The notes below the pieces were generated by a model that saw nothing but the letters and a program-made list of their open reading frames with translations, was not told the DNA's origin and searched no databases. Position numbers and translations under genes: made by a program. Of a DNA stretch of 64,000 nt, positions 60,183-64,000 are shown piece after piece; the stretch's first letter is position 1, and every line of letters starts with the position of its first letter. Source of the stretch: Candidatus Omnitrophota bacterium (GTDB lineage Bacteria > Omnitrophota > Gorgyraeia > Zapsychrales > Zapsychraceae); NCBI GenBank assembly GCA_021108075.1, contig JAIORP010000150.1, forward strand, positions 3,396-67,395, read 5' to 3'.

Positions 60183-61523
60183 ATGAAAGTCACACCAAAT
60201 CCATTAACAAATTGTTCTATCTTAATTCTGATATTCTCGCTAAATCGTCGAGAAAAGCAGAATTGGTGTTGGTCATTATTTAATGGAATTGGTATTATTT
60301 GTTCCGTTATATTTGGTGTTATCCTTTTATTGAATGGCGCGTCGCCTGTGGATGCGGCCGTTGTAAAGGTCGAGAAAACCGATATCGGATGGCAATTGCT
60401 CGTTGATGGACAGCCGTTTATCATTAAAGGCGTTTGTTACACGCCGGTCAAAGTTGGTGAGGACCCCGAAGACTTGACGATGCGAGACTGGATGATTGTC
60501 GATGATAATAATGACGGGATAATCGATAGCGCTTATCAAAGTTGGGTGGATTATGACCGCAATAACAAGAAGGATTCAGATGAACCAGCTGTCGGGGATT
60601 TTAAATTGATCAAGGACATGGGGGCAAACACCATCCGGCTTTATCATCATTCTTCATCCAATCCAAAAATTCAAAGTCTCAGTCGAAATAATCCTTTGTT
60701 TGATCATGCGCCAAACAAGAAGCTGTTGCGTGACTTGCATCAGAAATATGGTTTATGGTTTGCGATGGGTGATTTTTTGGGCGCGCACACAATCGGGTCT
60801 GGCGCGACGTGGGAAAAGGGAACGGATTATACCGATCCGGTTCAACGCAAGAATATGATGCGTAGTGTGGAAGACCTGATTAATACTTTTAAAGATGAAC
60901 CCTATGTGCTGTTTTGGACCATTGGAAACGAAAATAACCGGGCGGATATGAGCCGGACAAATGCTCAATTCCACCCGGAAGAATACGCGAAGTTTGTGAA
61001 TGAGGTCGCCAAACGGATTCATGAATTGGACCCGAATCATCCGGTTGCGCTGATCAATGGCGAAACAACGATGCTGGACATGTACCGCCGCTACGCCCCG
61101 GCTGTTGACATCATCGGCATCAATACGTATTTTTATTTCCCTGGAGGATTCGGCAGCTTATGGCGGGATATAGACAAGTTGTATGACAAGCCTGTTTTTG
61201 TCGAATATAAAAATGCTCATCCAACCATTCAGGGCGGGTCTCTTGATGAGATCATTGATTATCGGTTACATGTTGAAAGCTGGCGTGATATTATCCGTCA
61301 TACCGCGGGGAAAAGCCAGCCGGGGAACGCCATCGGAGGTTTTAAGTTTCAATGGTTGGATACTTGGTGGACAGATTGGGACCCGGCTTTTCAGAACTTA
61401 GCCAAAGACGGGTGGCACGGAGAGTATCACGGCATAGCCTCACAGGGCGACGGTCATAATAGTTTGTTTATCCGTCAGTTGCGGCATGTGTACTACGCTT
61501 ATCAAGAAATCTGGAAAGATTAA
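60183..61523 (+). CDS. secreted GH2-like TIM-barrel glycoside hydrolase
   Basis: LLVDGQPF-x-IKGV-x-Y, MGANTIRLY, W-x-IGNENN, DPNHPV, F-x-W-x-D-x-WW; GGAGG RBS before ATG 60183. Confidence 0.8.
   Translation: MKVTPNPLTNCSILILIFSLNRREKQNWCWSLFNGIGIICSVIFGVILLLNGASPVDAAVVKVEKTDIGWQLLVDGQPFIIKGVCYTPVKVGEDPEDLTMRDWMIVDDNNDGIIDSAYQSWVDYDRNNKKDSDEPAVGDFKLIKDMGANTIRLYHHSSSNPKIQSLSRNNPLFDHAPNKKLLRDLHQKYGLWFAMGDFLGAHTIGSGATWEKGTDYTDPVQRKNMMRSVEDLINTFKDEPYVLFWTIGNENNRADMSRTNAQFHPEEYAKFVNEVAKRIHELDPNHPVALINGETTMLDMYRRYAPAVDIIGINTYFYFPGGFGSLWRDIDKLYDKPVFVEYKNAHPTIQGGSLDEIIDYRLHVESWRDIIRHTAGKSQPGNAIGGFKFQWLDTWWTDWDPAFQNLAKDGWHGEYHGIASQGDGHNSLFIRQLRHVYYAYQEIWKD
60193..60294. mobile_element. MITE family A copy inserted in-frame in a signal peptide
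   Basis: 102 bp, flanked by TCA/TTA; close reverse complement of the 50967-51062 copy. Confidence 0.8.
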
Positions 61524-61556
61524 TTTTATTCATGTGTTTGATATAGAAAGAAACCG

Positions 61557-64000
61557 ATGAATCAATTTTTTCTTTTGTTAAAAAATAGACATTTGAACGT
61601 TATCGTGCTAGGAGCCATGATCTGTATATATCCGAGCGCGGGCAACGTTGAGGCGGCAAAGGATATTCAGGGTTACCGGATTTTTTCCAGTCCTTCTTCA
61701 GACCCCCAGGTGTATGATCAAGACATCCGCATCGCTAAACGAATACTGCGGGAAGCTGAAAAGAATTTTTTTGATGACATTCGAATTGCTCCAGCCATGA
61801 TTAATTTGGCCCTTTTGTATGAAAAAGGCGGCCATATCGAATTAGCATTACCCCATTATGAGAATGCCCTAACAATTTTAGAAAATCAAGAAGGGTATAA
61901 AAGCCCTCAAGTCCTTGATTTGTCGGACCGCGTTGCCCGCATTTATAAGATGATGGGGCGGATTGCCCAGGCCATGAAATTGTCCTATGACATGCAGTAT
62001 GAATACGAACAAGATTTGGCATTGGCCCAGGAAATATTAGTCAAACAAGAAAAGAATTTAGGCGTGGAGCACCATAAGGTTGTTCGCCTGTTTGAGCTTG
62101 TTGGTTCCTTTCACCGGACAACCGGAAAGGTGCAGGAAGCCATCAAATTGTATGAAAAGGTTTATCAGAGTGTGCTAAGCAAATATGGTGAAACACATCC
62201 GCGCCTGGCACTGATCGCCGAACAATTGGGTTATTTATATCGGCGGGTGGATAACTATCCCAAGGCGCGTGAGACATGGCACCAGGCCTTAAAGGTTTGG
62301 GAAAAACATTTAGGTGCAAATAGTCCTAAGGTGGCTGAGGCGTTGATAAATTTGAGCTATATATTTATTGATTTTAAACAAAATATGGTCGCGGCCGCAT
62401 TATCCCGAAAAGCCCAGGAAATTCATCGAGAAACGTTAAAGAACATTTTATCATTCGGTTCTGAGGAACAGCGTCTGGATCATATGGAAACCGTTGATCC
62501 CTATTCTTTGCCAGCGACCTTGAATGACACGCCGGCGCTTGTTCAGGCGATCTTTGATCATAAAGGCATTGTGTTAGATTCGATTATCGAAGACATTCAG
62601 CTCACACGGCAAGCCCGGGGAGAAAAAAATACCCGTTTGTTAAAAAGCCGTTCACAAAAGAAAAAGAAGCTGATGAAATTATATTGGGACTTGTCATTAG
62701 ATATGACCCGCGAAGATCGTTATAAGAAAGAACAGCGAAAGAACCGTTTGAAATATGAAATCAAGGAAATAGAGCAGCAAATGACGCAGCACATGCGCTT
62801 TGGCCAATCCCGCGGAAATTATAATGTCGATATGCAAAAGATCCAGGAAGCTCTGCCGGACGATTCCACCTTGATTGATTTTATCCGTTATAATCATTAT
62901 TTGGGCCATTATAAGTTTGAGAAACGCTATGGCGCAGTGGTGATTGGTCCAGAAGGCCCTCCCCGGTGGGTGCCTCTGGGGCAGGCTTCTGTTATCGATG
63001 CGGCAATCAAACGCTATCAGGTGGTTGTGCGCCAGGATAATTATTTCGACAATTTAACGGCTGTGTTATTGAACGGTCTATATGGAATGATTTGGGAACC
63101 ATTGGAAACGAGTTTAACCCAGAGGACCCGTCGCGTGATTATCAGTGCCGCGGGATCACTGAATTATTTGTCCTTCGCGACATTGCTAACGCCCAACGAC
63201 AGGTTTCTGGCCCAGAAATACCGTATCTATTACGTTCCCTATAGCCGGGATATCCTGAAGAAGACACCGGTTGGACAGAAAAAGGATATTTTTATTTTTG
63301 CGGACCCGGCCTTTGCCAGGGATACTGAAAGAAAGGGTGTCCCTTTTTATCCTTTGCCTGGATCAAGGGATGAAGCGCAATCCATCGATAAGATCGCCAG
63401 GAACAATCAATACGCTTCACGGTTATATCTTCAGGACCAGGCGAGTGAGGCCTCGTTAAATTCTTTAAGTTCTCCGCGCATCCTGCACCTCGCAACGCAT
63501 GGTTTTTTTCAAAAGAATGGGAACAATATCTTAAAAGGGGTTGATCGGGAAAATCTTTTTTTGCTAGATTCCGATCGGAGTGGCGCGATGCCCACATTTT
63601 TTCAATCCTTGAAAAATCCGATGCAAACCAGTGGTCTCGCTTTGGTGGGCGCGCAGGATAGTGTGGACATTATCGCTGGAGAGTCTATTCCCCTGACAGC
63701 AAATGATGGTATTGTCACAGCCGAAGAAATCAGCCTGCTGGACCTTCAGCGGACGTGGCTGGTTGTCTTATCTGTTTGCGATAGCGGTCTGGTCGATATT
63801 GTCTCCGGGGACGAGTTTATGGGATTAAGGCGGGGATTTATGCAGGCCGGAGCGCAGAACGTTATGCTGAGCCTCTGGCGCGTCGATGACCGTGTGACGC
63901 CGCGGTTTATGAAAGATTATTATGCGCGTTTGTTTAAGATGCAAAGTCCGGCCCGGTCATTGTCCTTCACCCAGCGTTCCTGGCTGGTTCAACTCCGTAA
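61557..64000 (+). CDS. TPR + CHAT (caspase-like) protease, runs off window end (not in ORF track)
   Basis: Manual reading: signal-like N-terminus MNQFFLLL...VEAA, TPRs (INLALLYEKGGH...A-x-x-x-Y-x-x-AL), in-frame ILHLATHGFF (63480) and LVVLSVCDSG (Cys 63777), GL-x-RGF-x-x-AGA, SLW-x-V-x-D. Confidence 0.88.
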   Translation, partial: MNQFFLLLKNRHLNVIVLGAMICIYPSAGNVEAAKDIQGYRIFSSPSSDPQVYDQDIRIAKRILREAEKNFFDDIRIAPAMINLALLYEKGGHIELALPHYENALTILENQEGYKSPQVLDLSDRVARIYKMMGRIAQAMKLSYDMQYEYEQDLALAQEILVKQEKNLGVEHHKVVRLFELVGSFHRTTGKVQEAIKLYEKVYQSVLSKYGETHPRLALIAEQLGYLYRRVDNYPKARETWHQALKVWEKHLGANSPKVAEALINLSYIFIDFKQNMVAAALSRKAQEIHRETLKNILSFGSEEQRLDHMETVDPYSLPATLNDTPALVQAIFDHKGIVLDSIIEDIQLTRQARGEKNTRLLKSRSQKKKKLMKLYWDLSLDMTREDRYKKEQRKNRLKYEIKEIEQQMTQHMRFGQSRGNYNVDMQKIQEALPDDSTLIDFIRYNHYLGHYKFEKRYGAVVIGPEGPPRWVPLGQASVIDAAIKRYQVVVRQDNYFDNLTAVLLNGLYGMIWEPLETSLTQRTRRVIISAAGSLNYLSFATLLTPNDRFLAQKYRIYYVPYSRDILKKTPVGQKKDIFIFADPAFARDTERKGVPFYPLPGSRDEAQSIDKIARNNQYASRLYLQDQASEASLNSLSSPRILHLATHGFFQKNGNNILKGVDRENLFLLDSDRSGAMPTFFQSLKNPMQTSGLALVGAQDSVDIIAGESIPLTANDGIVTAEEISLLDLQRTWLVVLSVCDSGLVDIVSGDEFMGLRRGFMQAGAQNVMLSLWRVDDRVTPRFMKDYYARLFKMQSPARSLSFTQRSWLVQLR

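Noticed and set aside
1-64000. CRISPR array, rRNA or tRNA genes
   Set aside because: No regularly spaced direct repeats with unique spacers and no recognisable rRNA or tRNA sequence seen by eye; the repeats found are dispersed palindromes or MITEs.

Overview
This is a bacterial accessory and cell-envelope window. The N- and C-terminal motifs of its 3010-aa protein resemble giant proteins I associate with Ca. Omnitrophota (inference, not a database result). 1-7.5 kb is a defence-like patch: a truncated N6-DNA methyltransferase start, three AAA/DUF4143-type ATPases (one broken), a RelE/HTH toxin-antitoxin pair between two IS66 remnants, and two MITE types. 7.5-25 kb holds EpsI, an exosortase, a GH5-like hydrolase and an AT-rich Wzx/Wzy polysaccharide cluster with two sulfotransferases. 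25.5-36.2 kb holds three TA cassettes delimited by REP-like palindromes, then a decayed IS91/IS3-bounded island. 36.5-50.7 kb holds a sigma54 PEP-CTERM locus, a lipid-acylation module and a GAF kinase/sigma54 regulator operon. 51-64 kb holds the giant protein, a GH2-like hydrolase and a TPR-CHAT protease running off the end. The strongest candidate for an undescribed system is the giant protein, which reads as an exported polyprotein: unrelated cargo domains (transglycosylase-like, kinase-like, two duplicated methyltransferases, HTH array) are separated by a recurring D-x-A-M-L motif, and a caspase-like protease lies two genes downstream. Also notable are a priming sugar transferase with an internal PEP-CTERM signal and a MITE family with TWA target duplications, one copy inserted in-frame in a signal peptide. 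All domain calls are by-eye motif recognition and need HMM or structure confirmation.
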